Shown: positions 9,751 to 18,610 of the stretch, piece after piece | Layout: the number at the start of each line of letters is the position of its first letter | Position numbering within the stretch: position 1 is the stretch's first letter | Virus record (IMG/VR): IMGVR_UViG_3300030202_002372 | Span: 1 to 62,400 of that record | Origin: a virus | Taxonomy: Duplodnaviria; Caudoviricetes | Reading direction: 5' to 3' (one strand) | Length of the DNA stretch: 62,400 nucleotides | Notes under the pieces: generated by a model | Seen by the model: the letters and a program-made list of their open reading frames with translations, nothing else | Told to the model about the DNA's origin: nothing | Databases searched by the model: none | Made by a program: the position numbers and the translations under genes

Positions 9751-10229
9751 TAAACTAACACATCCTTTGCTTTACCTATTATTGGCTTATATTTGGTTCT
9801 GCCTTCTAGTCTAAAAGCATGCATATATTGTTTTCTAGGTTGATCGGTAGTGAAGCTGCAATGAACCCATCCTGAATTTTTTTCACCTGGAGTGTAGAAC
9901 TCGAGAATCAATTGATCATAATCTAGATGACTATGTATCCAATCACTTAATTCAGCATTATCAACTCCTGGACATTCAAAATCGCAAGCCTCAGCTTTTG
10001 AATGCTGCGAATTTGGTGAACTACCAATAGCATTACAAAGCTCAACAGTACGGAAACAGCTCGTTACCCTTACTCTACCAAAATGGTCTCGTACCGGTTG
10101 AAGTATTTCTTCACATAAAACTTTCAATTTTTCTACTTGATCAGCATTTGGATTATTATCAATCCCCTTTCTGATAGCAGTGTCGCTTTTGGTTAATTCT
10201 TGAAGTGTAAAATTACGAGTCAGATTCAT
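9750..10229 (-). CDS. Peptidase M15A family endolysin (D-Ala-D-Ala carboxypeptidase-like)
   Basis: NFTLQEL..S.TA.R.GIDN, SQHSKAEACD and WVHCS Zn-ligand motifs. Confidence 0.85.
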   Translation of the reverse strand: MNLTRNFTLQELTKSDTAIRKGIDNNPNADQVEKLKVLCEEILQPVRDHFGRVRVTSCFRTVELCNAIGSSPNSQHSKAEACDFECPGVDNAELSDWIHSHLDYDQLILEFYTPGEKNSGWVHCSFTTDQPRKQYMHAFRLEGRTKYKPIIGKAKDVLV

Positions 10230-10872
10230 TTTTATTCTCCTCTATTTGATAAAACATTTTGTCAGTATCTTCAGTAGTCCATCCCTTATCTTCGACAGAC
10301 CAGTAAGTACTTTGGACTTTATAGTCAGGCCAATCGTTAGAAACAGTGTAATTAGCAACATGCCACAAAAGACGATTATTAGGCTGAGCTGCAAAATTAC
10401 CGTTATCAAGCTCCAGTATATGGTGACACTTATGTTCATCAGGAATTTCGGAATGTTCACAATCAATTTCATTAACTTCTGGAGTAGCCCAATCAATTGT
10501 AAATAAATATTGTCCATGATAAAATTTTTTATCCTTTCCTAGGTATTTACCTTTGGCACCACCTAAAAAATCAAATTCAGTACAACTAGGATAATAACTA
10601 AAGCAATTCCACAATTCCAACTCGTCGACTGACATATCTGGCACTTTGGATCTGTCAAAGTCTTTTTGAATAAACGCTGAAATAGGCAAACGCCAGTAGC
10701 ACGCACCGTTTGGTAACATGCAATGAAATAAGAGGGCACGACCTGTAATCGCTGCCATGCCGAACATAATACAGTCCATGCTTTCTGTTTTATATTTTGG
10801 ATCGAGATCATATAAATATTCCTTTCTTACTTTTGCGTATATAGTTGGTATATTAATGTTTAAGTATGCCAT
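10213..10872 (-). CDS. Hypothetical phage protein
   Basis: 219 aa ORF coupled to both neighbours; YLFTIDW..EHKC.H..GNFAAQPNNR. Confidence 0.7.
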   Translation of the reverse strand: MAYLNINIPTIYAKVRKEYLYDLDPKYKTESMDCIMFGMAAITGRALLFHCMLPNGACYWRLPISAFIQKDFDRSKVPDMSVDELELWNCFSYYPSCTEFDFLGGAKGKYLGKDKKFYHGQYLFTIDWATPEVNEIDCEHSEIPDEHKCHHILELDNGNFAAQPNNRLLWHVANYTVSNDWPDYKVQSTYWSVEDKGWTTEDTDKMFYQIEENKNESDS

Positions 10873-11087
10873 TAGTCAAGTATAAGGGATGTAATTTTTT
10901 TATCACCCATATATATTTCTACGTTAGCCTTAGATTGAATACATTTAAAAACTACTCTACCATCAGGATTTCTATCCTTCATAGCATAACGTCTAGCCTT
11001 CATACATTGTGATAATGTCTCGTGATAACGATGCTCTATAATTTTATGATCTTGTATTAATAATAATGCAAATACTATTTCAACCAT
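10872..11087 (-). CDS. Small hypothetical protein with hydrophobic N-terminus
   Basis: Coupled ORF, two Cys. Confidence 0.6.
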   Translation of the reverse strand: MVEIVFALLLIQDHKIIEHRYHETLSQCMKARRYAMKDRNPDGRVVFKCIQSKANVEIYMGDKKITSLILD

Positions 11088-11488
11088 TAGTGCTCTCCAT
11101 TTCCATTTCTAATTAATTTTTCTACATCTACTTGTAATTTTGATACTTGTTCTTTTAAAAAATCTATATTAATTTTATTGTTTCTCATACCTTTGAGTTC
11201 TTCGTCCATAGACTCAATTAATCCTGCCATATGCTCTACTAACATGAAAAGCTCCGCTTCCCCAGACGACTGACCTAATTCTCCACGTGGATATTTAATT
11301 CTAAATTCTGTGTTATGATGTAAATCTTTTTCAAACAATTCTAATTTTGTAGAGTGTTGATTTAATTTTTCATTTATACCAAAATAAGCCCAGGTACCAA
11401 TTGCTACCATACAGATCAAAGAAGCAACTGTTTTCATCGGCATTTGTACTTTAGCTTCTTCAGATATAGTTAATGGTTTTTTAGTCAT
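11087..11488 (-). CDS. Membrane-anchored coiled-coil protein (possible lysis accessory)
   Basis: N-terminal TM segment followed by heptad pattern. Confidence 0.55.
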   Translation of the reverse strand: MTKKPLTISEEAKVQMPMKTVASLICMVAIGTWAYFGINEKLNQHSTKLELFEKDLHHNTEFRIKYPRGELGQSSGEAELFMLVEHMAGLIESMDEELKGMRNNKINIDFLKEQVSKLQVDVEKLIRNGNGEH

Positions 11489-12032
11489 CTTTTGGTTTTG
11501 GTAGAGGCAGTATATACCCTTCTGGTGGCATTTTCAACGTGCTGTTATTATCTAAACTTTTAGAATCTGGGTTTTCTTTAATATAATCTTGTTTTAATTC
11601 ATCCCAAAGACTACCTTTAGGCATAGTTTCTACTTCGTCTATTTGTGGAACTACACCTCTACATTTTGATACTAATAATGCAAAATTTTGATTTTGTGCT
11701 AAACTTGGATTTCTATTAACTTTATTACACATTTTCATCAATTCAAGTTGTTGTTTAAGTTGCATGTTTTCTTTTGAAGTTTTGCAATCTGTGCCAAGAT
11801 ACTTTCTAAATGATAAATTAAATCTATAATTATCAGAATCATAATCACTATCTGAATAAGTGTAAGTCGTATCTCTGTCTTCTTTTTCTATTCTTGCTTC
11901 TACCTCACCACACCTATCACTGTTATTAAGATACTCATTACGACCGTGTGCCGGACCACCAAATAGTGCTAAAAGCATTAACATAACTATTAATATTGCT
12001 GTAAATTTGTAATTCATCTTGGCAATCTCCAT
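11481..12032 (-). CDS. Putative secreted/periplasmic protein
   Basis: Signal-peptide-like hydrophobic N-terminus ending AHG; four Cys. Confidence 0.55.
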   Translation of the reverse strand: MEIAKMNYKFTAILIVMLMLLALFGGPAHGRNEYLNNSDRCGEVEARIEKEDRDTTYTYSDSDYDSDNYRFNLSFRKYLGTDCKTSKENMQLKQQLELMKMCNKVNRNPSLAQNQNFALLVSKCRGVVPQIDEVETMPKGSLWDELKQDYIKENPDSKSLDNNSTLKMPPEGYILPLPKPKDD

Positions 12033-12040
12033 AGTTCATC

Positions 12041-12376
12041 CTAATAATTAATTTCTCTATTTAAATCTTTTATGTCGTATTCCATCTGCCTGACTTTATC
12101 GGCCAAGACTTCGTATAAGTTTTCAGCCATTTCCCAAGTACCTTCAGCTCTTTCTAATTTTGCAATAACTGTGTTTACATTGTCGGTTAATACTTTCATG
12201 TCTCTTTGAATATTTTCTAAATCCATTGTTTTTAATTCATGGATTTCTGCTTGATTGGCGTTGATAGTATCTGTTAGATTAACAATGTATTTAACACCAG
12301 TAAATGTTCCGACTAGCACCGATGCTACAACCGGTACCATTACTATATTTTTTTTTAATAAATCTGCTAAGTTCAT
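12041..12376 (-). CDS. Membrane-anchored coiled-coil protein
   Basis: TM segment at about aa 11-32, then coiled coil. Confidence 0.55.
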   Translation of the reverse strand: MNLADLLKKNIVMVPVVASVLVGTFTGVKYIVNLTDTINANQAEIHELKTMDLENIQRDMKVLTDNVNTVIAKLERAEGTWEMAENLYEVLADKVRQMEYDIKDLNREINY

Positions 12377-12546
12377 TGTTGATTAACCTCATTTTCAAAA
12401 CTTATGTCAGAACTATGATCTTTCTCAAATGCATAAGTTCTTTTACAATTACATTTATTACAAGTGCACAAATCACCATCATAATGATGAGCGTGTAGAA
12501 TTTCTCCACAGTGACATTCACAATGGCAATCCTTGCACTTGGACAT
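12373..12546 (-). CDS. Unannotated 57-aa Cys/His-rich metallothionein-like peptide
   Basis: Manual translation MSKCKDCHCECHCGEILHAHHYDGDLCTCNKCNCKRTYAFEKDHSSDISFENEVNQQ; fills the gap, ATGA overlap with downstream gene. Confidence 0.7.
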   Translation of the reverse strand: MSKCKDCHCECHCGEILHAHHYDGDLCTCNKCNCKRTYAFEKDHSSDISFENEVNQQ

Positions 12547-12547
12547 T

Positions 12548-12853
12548 TTACTTACTGTGAAATACAGTAGCTGATTTTACATGTTCTGTTGTAAAACTAG
12601 CATGTACATCAGTCTCAAAAAGAATAGGTCCTGGGAAGTTTATTGTCAAACCACCTACAGCTGCAGGTGTTTTAACTTTAAATTTTAAAGTACCACCAGA
12701 TCCTCCATCTCTTAAATGAAAGTCACCTGATGTAGTACCGCTATCTAAATATACTCCAAAGACTCTTGTTCTTCCAGATCTAAGAGTACTAGCTTCGCTA
12801 TCCGTGTTTGTAGACGATATATCTTCTGCTGATCCAAAAATATTTGCCGACAT
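12548..12853 (-). CDS. Small virion structural protein
   Basis: Beta-rich 101 aa, AGGAG SD, downstream of capsid genes. Confidence 0.55.
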   Translation of the reverse strand: MSANIFGSAEDISSTNTDSEASTLRSGRTRVFGVYLDSGTTSGDFHLRDGGSGGTLKFKVKTPAAVGGLTINFPGPILFETDVHASFTTEHVKSATVFHSK

Positions 12854-12868
12854 AGTTTCTCCTTTTAT

Positions 12869-12888
12869 AGGAGCCCCGAAGGGCCCCT
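12869..12888 (-). terminator. C(UUCG)G tetraloop hairpin (weak terminator or mRNA stabiliser)
   Basis: Minus strand GGGGCCC-UUCG-GGGCUCC; no long U tract. Confidence 0.55.
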
Positions 12889-12895
12889 TTAGTTA

Positions 12896-13360
12896 TTAGT
12901 CAGTATGATTTCTTGCTTGTGCGTAAACAACACATACTCTCGCTTTACCAGCACTTGATGCTGTTCCAGACGGAATGTATTTTGCTGCTATACGAACATC
13001 GCTAGTTCCAACATTTTTCCACTCTGAACAAATAGCTGTTGCTCCAAGAGCAACTGTTCCTAGTGTTCCTACTTCAGCATTATCAATATATAAGTCTGAG
13101 TTACCAACAATACCAACATCTAATTTATTAGATGTTCCCGCATTGAAAGCTGTCTCAACATTAACAAAAATATTTTTAATGTGTGATTTAGCAGGGATTA
13201 CCACTGTTTCGCTTGTATCAGTTGTATCACTATTTGAGATGTGAAATGATTGTACCATTAACACATGTCCCTGATTAGCAACATCTGAACCGACTGTAGT
13301 TCCCGTTGTGTCTTTAATCGTTCCCGCTTTTATCGGTCCCGAAAATGTAGTTGTAGCCAT
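12896..13360 (-). CDS. Capsid decoration/minor capsid protein
   Basis: MATTTFSGPIKAG N-terminus, V.IPA.S.I..I...V.TAFNAG...L.VG pattern; follows MCP. Confidence 0.6.
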   Translation of the reverse strand: MATTTFSGPIKAGTIKDTTGTTVGSDVANQGHVLMVQSFHISNSDTTDTSETVVIPAKSHIKNIFVNVETAFNAGTSNKLDVGIVGNSDLYIDNAEVGTLGTVALGATAICSEWKNVGTSDVRIAAKYIPSGTASSAGKARVCVVYAQARNHTD

Positions 13361-13361
13361 A

Positions 13362-13438
13362 ATTATCCTCCTAGTATAACGAACATAGTCTCTAGGCCGT
13401 CGACTATACGCGTCTATGTTCTGATTAATTGTATAGTA
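13362..13438 (-). promoter_or_regulatory. Structured 5' leader with three interleaved helices overlapping the SD
   Basis: ACUAUAC/GUAUAGU, GAACAUAG/CUAUGUUC, CCUAG/CUAGG complementarities. Confidence 0.55.
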
Positions 13439-13452
13439 TTTTGAATATACAT

Positions 13453-13485
13453 AAAAAAAGGGGCGAAGTAAATACTCCGCCCCTT
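13453..13485 (-). terminator. Rho-independent terminator after the major capsid gene
   Basis: GGGGCGGAGU-AUUU-ACUUCGCCCC followed by U7. Confidence 0.85.
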
Positions 13486-13513
13486 AATATCTGTTTAAGC
13501 TGTATTAGTCGGC

Positions 13514-14425
13514 TTAGTTTGATCCTGATGAACCAAATACACATCTAGGGTCTGAGAATCCAAAAGAATATCTCTCTCTAGCTTTGTATCTGACGTTTCC
13601 AGTATCAAAGTCACCTTCCATAGCAGTTCTTAATGGTGATCTGACAAAATGCTTAAAGCCATTAGGTGCATCAGTGATGATAAAGAAAGCGTTGATATCA
13701 TTTAAGAAATGATTCACTCTGTAGCCTTCTGGTATCATATTCATGTTATTAATAGCGTTAATGTCATTGTCAGCTGTTCCAACTCTTAATGGAGATTTTA
13801 AGATTCTCTCAGCAGTGAATTGTAATTCTTTTGGAATTATCAATTTTCTTCCCTGCATAGCGATTCTTAGTCCTCTCTCATCAATGTAAGCAGCAATTTT
13901 AATAAGTGCATCTTCTAATGAAGTTTCACTTAAGTCTGCTTGAGTTGTGAAAGTGTTCACCAAGCTTGTACCAGACACAGTTGGGTGATCTGTAGCACAA
14001 AGAGGTTTACCGTCACCTCCTAATTGTGATGTACTAAACGCACTGTTTAGTATTTCAGCACCTTTTACTTGTTTGGTATTAGCCATTGAACGTGCTAACG
14101 CTCTTGCGTAACGATTACCAAGTCTATCATATAGATTGTCCTCAATTGCTTCCTCAGTAATTGCGAATGCTAGCGCTACAGTTTGGTGCGTGTACCTTGC
14201 AGTAAACGCTTCTTTCGCGTCGTCGAAAGTTACTGAAGCACCTTCTGCTTTAGTAGCTGCGCTACCAAAACCTGAAAGCATTACTTCTTCTTCGAAAGCT
14301 CTGTCGGATGTTTCTGTTTGAAAGATCTCAGCAGTCTCGTTTTCGTACCTGTCGTACTCCAGTCCAAATAGTGCATTTAGACCGGGCTCTAGTTCTTTAA
14401 CTAGCTGCGCTCGTGATATTGCCAT
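13514..14425 (-). CDS. Major capsid protein (HK97 fold)
   Basis: MAISRAQLVKELEPGLNALFGLEY...RYKARERYSFG pattern; follows scaffold; terminator downstream. Confidence 0.9.
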   Translation of the reverse strand: MAISRAQLVKELEPGLNALFGLEYDRYENETAEIFQTETSDRAFEEEVMLSGFGSAATKAEGASVTFDDAKEAFTARYTHQTVALAFAITEEAIEDNLYDRLGNRYARALARSMANTKQVKGAEILNSAFSTSQLGGDGKPLCATDHPTVSGTSLVNTFTTQADLSETSLEDALIKIAAYIDERGLRIAMQGRKLIIPKELQFTAERILKSPLRVGTADNDINAINNMNMIPEGYRVNHFLNDINAFFIITDAPNGFKHFVRSPLRTAMEGDFDTGNVRYKARERYSFGFSDPRCVFGSSGSN

Positions 14426-14437
14426 GTTATGCTCCTA

Positions 14438-15019
14438 TTACGTTAGACCTACAGTACCAGACTTGTACGAGTGGTTATTGATTACTACTAAAACATTTAC
14501 ACCTGAAGCAGCTGCAATATCAGAATTGTTTGGATCCTGAGATATATCTACTGCTTTTAGTACAAATGTAGAAGATGAATCAGCTGTTGCAACATCTAGA
14601 CTCTCTCTACCTTGACCAGATAATGTATCACCTGCAGTCGCATTTATTTTGTAGTTAGCAAATAAATGAGAAACCGTGAAAGTTGCGTCCGCATTAACTT
14701 CGAACACAACATCTGGGCCATCGATAACTTGAGCCATAATGTCGTTAGCTGAAATGCTTCCAGGATAGTAGTTCTTAAATGTCGGCTTCTGAGACGTTGG
14801 ATCAGTGTAAAACACCCCATTGAAAACACCTACTACAGGATTGTCAGTTGCTCCAGCTCTTTCGATTGTACCGTCAAGCTTAGTTTTAACCAAGTCACCT
14901 TGAAATACCGCAGTTGCATAATTTTTTGCAACACGATATCTGTTTTGTGCTCCATTGTAGGGAGTTCCATCTAACTGTCTAGCTGCTCTCAGACCGAAAT
15001 TGCCTGTATCATTTGCCAT
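14438..15019 (-). CDS. Capsid cement/head decoration protein
   Basis: FGLR...Y.TA.FQGD.V...VGVF.G..YTD pattern; immediately upstream of MCP. Confidence 0.6.
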   Translation of the reverse strand: MANDTGNFGLRAARQLDGTPYNGAQNRYRVAKNYATAVFQGDLVKTKLDGTIERAGATDNPVVGVFNGVFYTDPTSQKPTFKNYYPGSISANDIMAQVIDGPDVVFEVNADATFTVSHLFANYKINATAGDTLSGQGRESLDVATADSSSTFVLKAVDISQDPNNSDIAAASGVNVLVVINNHSYKSGTVGLT

Positions 15020-15074
15020 CGTTATTGTCCTCTACTTATAGTTGTTAATTTACTTTGAAGTGATAACAAAAAAA

Positions 15075-15551
15075 TTATTTTTTCGATCCACCACCAAAGG
15101 TCACCCGTGACTGCCTTTCAATATTGATAGGCATCTCAGGTCGCTGCTCCTTCATAAGATCATTGTCTACCGCTTGAATCTGTTCTCGAGTTTTAGTCTC
15201 GAAATAGTCCTTACGTGATTCCATGACCTCTTCCGGTATCCTTGCAAGCAAATGGCCGCCAACCCCGATGATCCCTTTATGTTTGCCTTCCTGTATTGTT
15301 GGATAGTCATGAGGGCCAATCTCTTTTACGATTTGTTCAGCTCTCACAAATTCCCAACCTTCCCTTAAAGCTTTTGAGACGTTTGCAGAATCCATGAAAC
15401 CCATAGTTTCTGCTCTAATCCATCTCTGTACTAAGCCCTGTGGTGCAGGCGGAGCATCTAGACTTGATGGAGGAGTCCAATCTGTTTTTCGTTTTGTTTT
15501 AGAACGCATCTCAGACTCGCGCGATGACGTTGTATTATTTTTTGTTTCCAT
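15075..15551 (-). CDS. Head-module protein
   Basis: W.PPSSLDAPPAP.G...RWIR...LREGWE.V pattern between scaffold and MCP. Confidence 0.65.
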   Translation of the reverse strand: METKNNTTSSRESEMRSKTKRKTDWTPPSSLDAPPAPQGLVQRWIRAETMGFMDSANVSKALREGWEFVRAEQIVKEIGPHDYPTIQEGKHKGIIGVGGHLLARIPEEVMESRKDYFETKTREQIQAVDNDLMKEQRPEMPINIERQSRVTFGGGSKK

Positions 15552-15559
15552 AATATCTC

Positions 15560-16504
15560 CTATTTAACGTATTTCGCGTATTCCTCTAGTGGCACCCCTA
15601 ATTTTTTAGCTATCGCTACCTGTGATTTGGTGAGTCTCACAGTCTTGCGTCCACCTTGGTTACGCATTGCAGGTGCAACAGTCTGGACGGGTCTTCGTTG
15701 CTCCTGTGTTTGTTCAAATTTATTAGGAAAATAATTCCTAATACGTTTGTCCAATTGATTATAATACTCATCTGAGTCTCCTGCAACCCCACTTGCGATC
15801 AAATTCTTATGAATTGCAATCGCTGCATCATGCATAACTTCGTCCTCGTTAAACCAAGCATTATCTTCTGCCCATCTTTGGGCTTTGATACTTGGCTGTG
15901 GTTGAGTGCTCATTTGAGGCGGAACAATGTCTTCTTGAGGTTTTTTAGCCTCTTGTTCCTTCAAAAACTTAGTTTGTGCTAATCTTTCTTTTTCGATTGC
16001 TAACTGAGTAAGTCTTTGATTCGCATCAACAATTGATTTTGCATCTTGTCCTTCAATTGCTTTTTGCAATAGAGTATTAGCTGCAACTTCATCTGTTTGA
16101 AGTCTTTTCTCAAATTCAGAAAGATAATTTTCCTCCATTTTAGGATATTTACTTTTGAATTGTTGAATTTCATTTTTTAAACCTTGAGCATATTGCAAAG
16201 CAGCTTCTGCTCTTCTGTCAGATTCTCTTCTTTGCCTTGTAAGTTTATTTATTCTTTTTTGAACATTATCGGATGCTTTACCTAAATCAAAATTGTCATC
16301 AACTTCTTGATCTTTTACAACATCAATTGGAGTTTTATCCCTATTGATCTCAGCTCCTTCTTCTTCGACCTGTTCTTTTTGTAAATTTACTTCTTTAGGT
16401 TCAGGTTGTTCTTTTTGTTCACTGACTTCTATGATTTGTGATTTCACATCATCAGTATCTAAATCGACTTCAACATCCCCTTTATTTATTTCCGTGTTTG
16501 CCAT
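15560..16504 (-). CDS. Capsid scaffolding protein
   Basis: Acidic N-terminus, long coiled coil (VQKRINKLT), C-terminal VRLTKSQVAIAKKLGVPLEEYAK. Confidence 0.75.
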   Translation of the reverse strand: MANTEINKGDVEVDLDTDDVKSQIIEVSEQKEQPEPKEVNLQKEQVEEEGAEINRDKTPIDVVKDQEVDDNFDLGKASDNVQKRINKLTRQRRESDRRAEAALQYAQGLKNEIQQFKSKYPKMEENYLSEFEKRLQTDEVAANTLLQKAIEGQDAKSIVDANQRLTQLAIEKERLAQTKFLKEQEAKKPQEDIVPPQMSTQPQPSIKAQRWAEDNAWFNEDEVMHDAAIAIHKNLIASGVAGDSDEYYNQLDKRIRNYFPNKFEQTQEQRRPVQTVAPAMRNQGGRKTVRLTKSQVAIAKKLGVPLEEYAKYVK

Positions 16505-16512
16505 TTGTCCTC

Positions 16513-16965
16513 CTAGTATAAATGCAGTATATCCTCTGGATTACTGATAGTTGCGATGATTTCATCATCGTTTAGTATTCGAACTTCAGCGCCTTCTATT
16601 TTGAAACGTGATCCAGCATATCTACCAAAAATAACCCAGTCTCCCTTTTTGCACCATGGACCACTTGGAAATTTCCAAGTATCTCTGTACGCTAAAGGGC
16701 CAACTTTAAGAACATAAGCACAAACAGTTGTCATTTGAATTGTTTCATGCGTTTTATCTGAAAGAATAACACCACCTTTGGTTTTTTTAGGACCACTGTA
16801 TGGTAAAACTAGTATTCTGTACCCAGTCGGTTGAGGTAATCTATCAAGAGATGACTTATCAATCGCTTTTGGGTCTAAAAATAATTTTTTTACTTCTTCT
16901 TCTGATTTGTACGCATTAAGCAATCCCGCTTCATGCTTTGGTACTTCTTTGGTTTGTGTCTTCAT
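16513..16965 (-). CDS. groES: Co-chaperonin GroES (Cpn10)
   Basis: PTGYRILV..KTKGGVIL..VLKVGP..GDWVIFGRYAG..RILNDDEIIA. Confidence 0.9.
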   Translation of the reverse strand: MKTQTKEVPKHEAGLLNAYKSEEEVKKLFLDPKAIDKSSLDRLPQPTGYRILVLPYSGPKKTKGGVILSDKTHETIQMTTVCAYVLKVGPLAYRDTWKFPSGPWCKKGDWVIFGRYAGSRFKIEGAEVRILNDDEIIATISNPEDILHLY

Positions 16966-17149
16966 CTGGCTCCTGTTTCTTCAGCAGGTCTGTTAAGTCC
17001 CTGAGCAGATCTTCATTTGATCTGATTTGTCCTATTATATACTTATACTCCTCAATCGTGTCAACACCTAATTTTATCTTTTCAGTAAGAGCTTCTATTT
17101 TAGGTTTAAGCAGTTTACTTTGAATATATTTTATTGTGTGGTAGTCCAT
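16931..17149 (-). CDS. Hypothetical protein
   Basis: 72 aa helical ORF directly upstream of groES (EEYKYIIGQI). Confidence 0.65.
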   Translation of the reverse strand: MDYHTIKYIQSKLLKPKIEALTEKIKLGVDTIEEYKYIIGQIRSNEDLLRDLTDLLKKQEPDEDTNQRSTKA

Positions 17150-17289
17150 TAACGTTTATATTTATCTCTCCAGTATTGTGCTCTTTCTAAACGTCTAATT
17201 CGATATTCAAGATTGGTTTTTTTGTAAAATAAACTCATTTTTAAAAATCCTAACTTGATTTTTAAATTTTCTAAGAATTTACTTAACAT
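17149..17289 (-). CDS. Unannotated 46-aa basic peptide
   Basis: Manual translation MLSKFLENLKIKLGFLKMSLFYKKTNLEYRIRRLERAQYWRDKYKR; overlaps both neighbours. Confidence 0.5.
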   Translation of the reverse strand: MLSKFLENLKIKLGFLKMSLFYKKTNLEYRIRRLERAQYWRDKYKR

Positions 17290-17783
17290 TTCCAACGTCT
17301 TCTTGCTTGTCTAATTCTTGAATTTGGGTCGTTTCTAGTTTTAGCACTAGATCTTTTTAACTGACCAAGGGACCTAGCGCAATAACTTTTTCTTCTTTTT
17401 GCTGACTTAGATCCAGCTTTAACTTTACCAGTTACAGCTGTTTTTAACTTAGATCCTGGGTTTTTCTTCCTGTAAGCCATGACACCTTTTTGTGTCATTC
17501 CAGCTCCAGATTTTGTAGAACGATAATTTCCAGAAGATTTTCTTCTTGTAGGCATTCCACCTTTTGAATATCCCATTATACCACCTTTTCTTACAGGTAT
17601 ACCAAGAGTTTGTTCTCGATGCCTTTTTTTATCTTGCTCCATTTCGTGTTTACGTTGTTTTAAAAATTGTTGGCGACCGATATCATCTCTCATTTTATTG
17701 TAGATATCAAATTCTTTCTCGGATGTAGATTTCATAGAATCTGCTCCACCACCTTTAAAAGCTTGTTTTAATGCATCACTCAT
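17283..17783 (-). CDS. Basic hypothetical protein with xxxGG motifs
   Basis: VRKGG, YSKGG; C-terminal RRKSYCARS...DPNSR...RRRWKC. Confidence 0.7.
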   Translation of the reverse strand: MSDALKQAFKGGGADSMKSTSEKEFDIYNKMRDDIGRQQFLKQRKHEMEQDKKRHREQTLGIPVRKGGIMGYSKGGMPTRRKSSGNYRSTKSGAGMTQKGVMAYRKKNPGSKLKTAVTGKVKAGSKSAKRRKSYCARSLGQLKRSSAKTRNDPNSRIRQARRRWKC

Positions 17784-18163
17784 ACAATCCTCATTCTTGT
17801 TTGATCTATAATACCACCCATTTTTGCAAATGTTTTTACGTTTGTTGGCTTACCACCAACACCTTGAGATTTACTTCTCTTTCTCGCAACAGCAGAACGC
17901 CTTTGCGAGTCTGTCATTCGGGCGGCTTTTGCAGCAGGGACGCATTTGGGGTACTTTCTTTTTGATCCAGACGCAGATTTTCTTCCACACTCTTTGAATC
18001 CCCCACCTTTTTTCTTTGAACCTATATCTACCCATTTTTCATTAAACCATTTTGTTAGTCCACCGCTTTTCATTCTTGGAACACAGTTTGGCACAAGTTT
18101 GCCACCTTTTTTCTTCATGCCCTTTTGCATATATCCGTCCCAACATGTTCCTTGCTTAGACAT
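17780..18163 (-). CDS. Basic hypothetical protein with xxxGG motifs
   Basis: CWDGY..PNCVP; GGLTKWFNEKWVDIG..CGR..YPKCVP; AKMGGIID. Confidence 0.7.
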   Translation of the reverse strand: MSKQGTCWDGYMQKGMKKKGGKLVPNCVPRMKSGGLTKWFNEKWVDIGSKKKGGGFKECGRKSASGSKRKYPKCVPAAKAARMTDSQRRSAVARKRSKSQGVGGKPTNVKTFAKMGGIIDQTRMRIV

Positions 18164-18365
18164 ATTTGAATTTAGTTGTATCTATTACACCACCACCTGC
18201 TTTACCTGCTGGTTTTGGTCCTTTAAAATCTTTTCTTTTAAGACCACTTGGATCTTTTGCTTTACCCGCACAAATTTTAGAAGCGTAGGCGTTAGCATAT
18301 GCTGAAGGATATACCTTAAATTTTCTTTTCGCGGCAGCTTTACCTCTCGGACATAATTTTGTCAT
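18156..18365 (-). CDS. Small basic hypothetical protein
   Basis: KLCPRGKAAAKRKFKVYPSAYANAYASKIC; C-terminal AGGGVID. Confidence 0.7.
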   Translation of the reverse strand: MTKLCPRGKAAAKRKFKVYPSAYANAYASKICAGKAKDPSGLKRKDFKGPKPAGKAGGGVIDTTKFKYV

Positions 18366-18610
18366 TTCATCCCCTTTAATAAACTGCCATAGTATTTTCT
18401 GTATGATGGATTAGACAGTTTTTTTCCATCAACAGTTCCTGATATCATACTTCCGTGATATGGCTCCATAACTCCACCTTCTTTTTTACCATGAACGTTT
18501 TTTATCTTGCCTTTATTTGCAGATGCATAAAAAACAGACTCACCTTCTTTGGCTCCATACTGGTCTTTCATGGATTTCATAATTTTTTTACCTTTTTTAG
18601 TAAGTGGCAT
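18362..18610 (-). CDS. Small basic hypothetical protein
   Basis: MPLTKKGKKIMKSMK..YG...G.SVFYAS.NKG; KKEGG. Confidence 0.7.
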   Translation of the reverse strand: MPLTKKGKKIMKSMKDQYGAKEGESVFYASANKGKIKNVHGKKEGGVMEPYHGSMISGTVDGKKLSNPSYRKYYGSLLKGMK

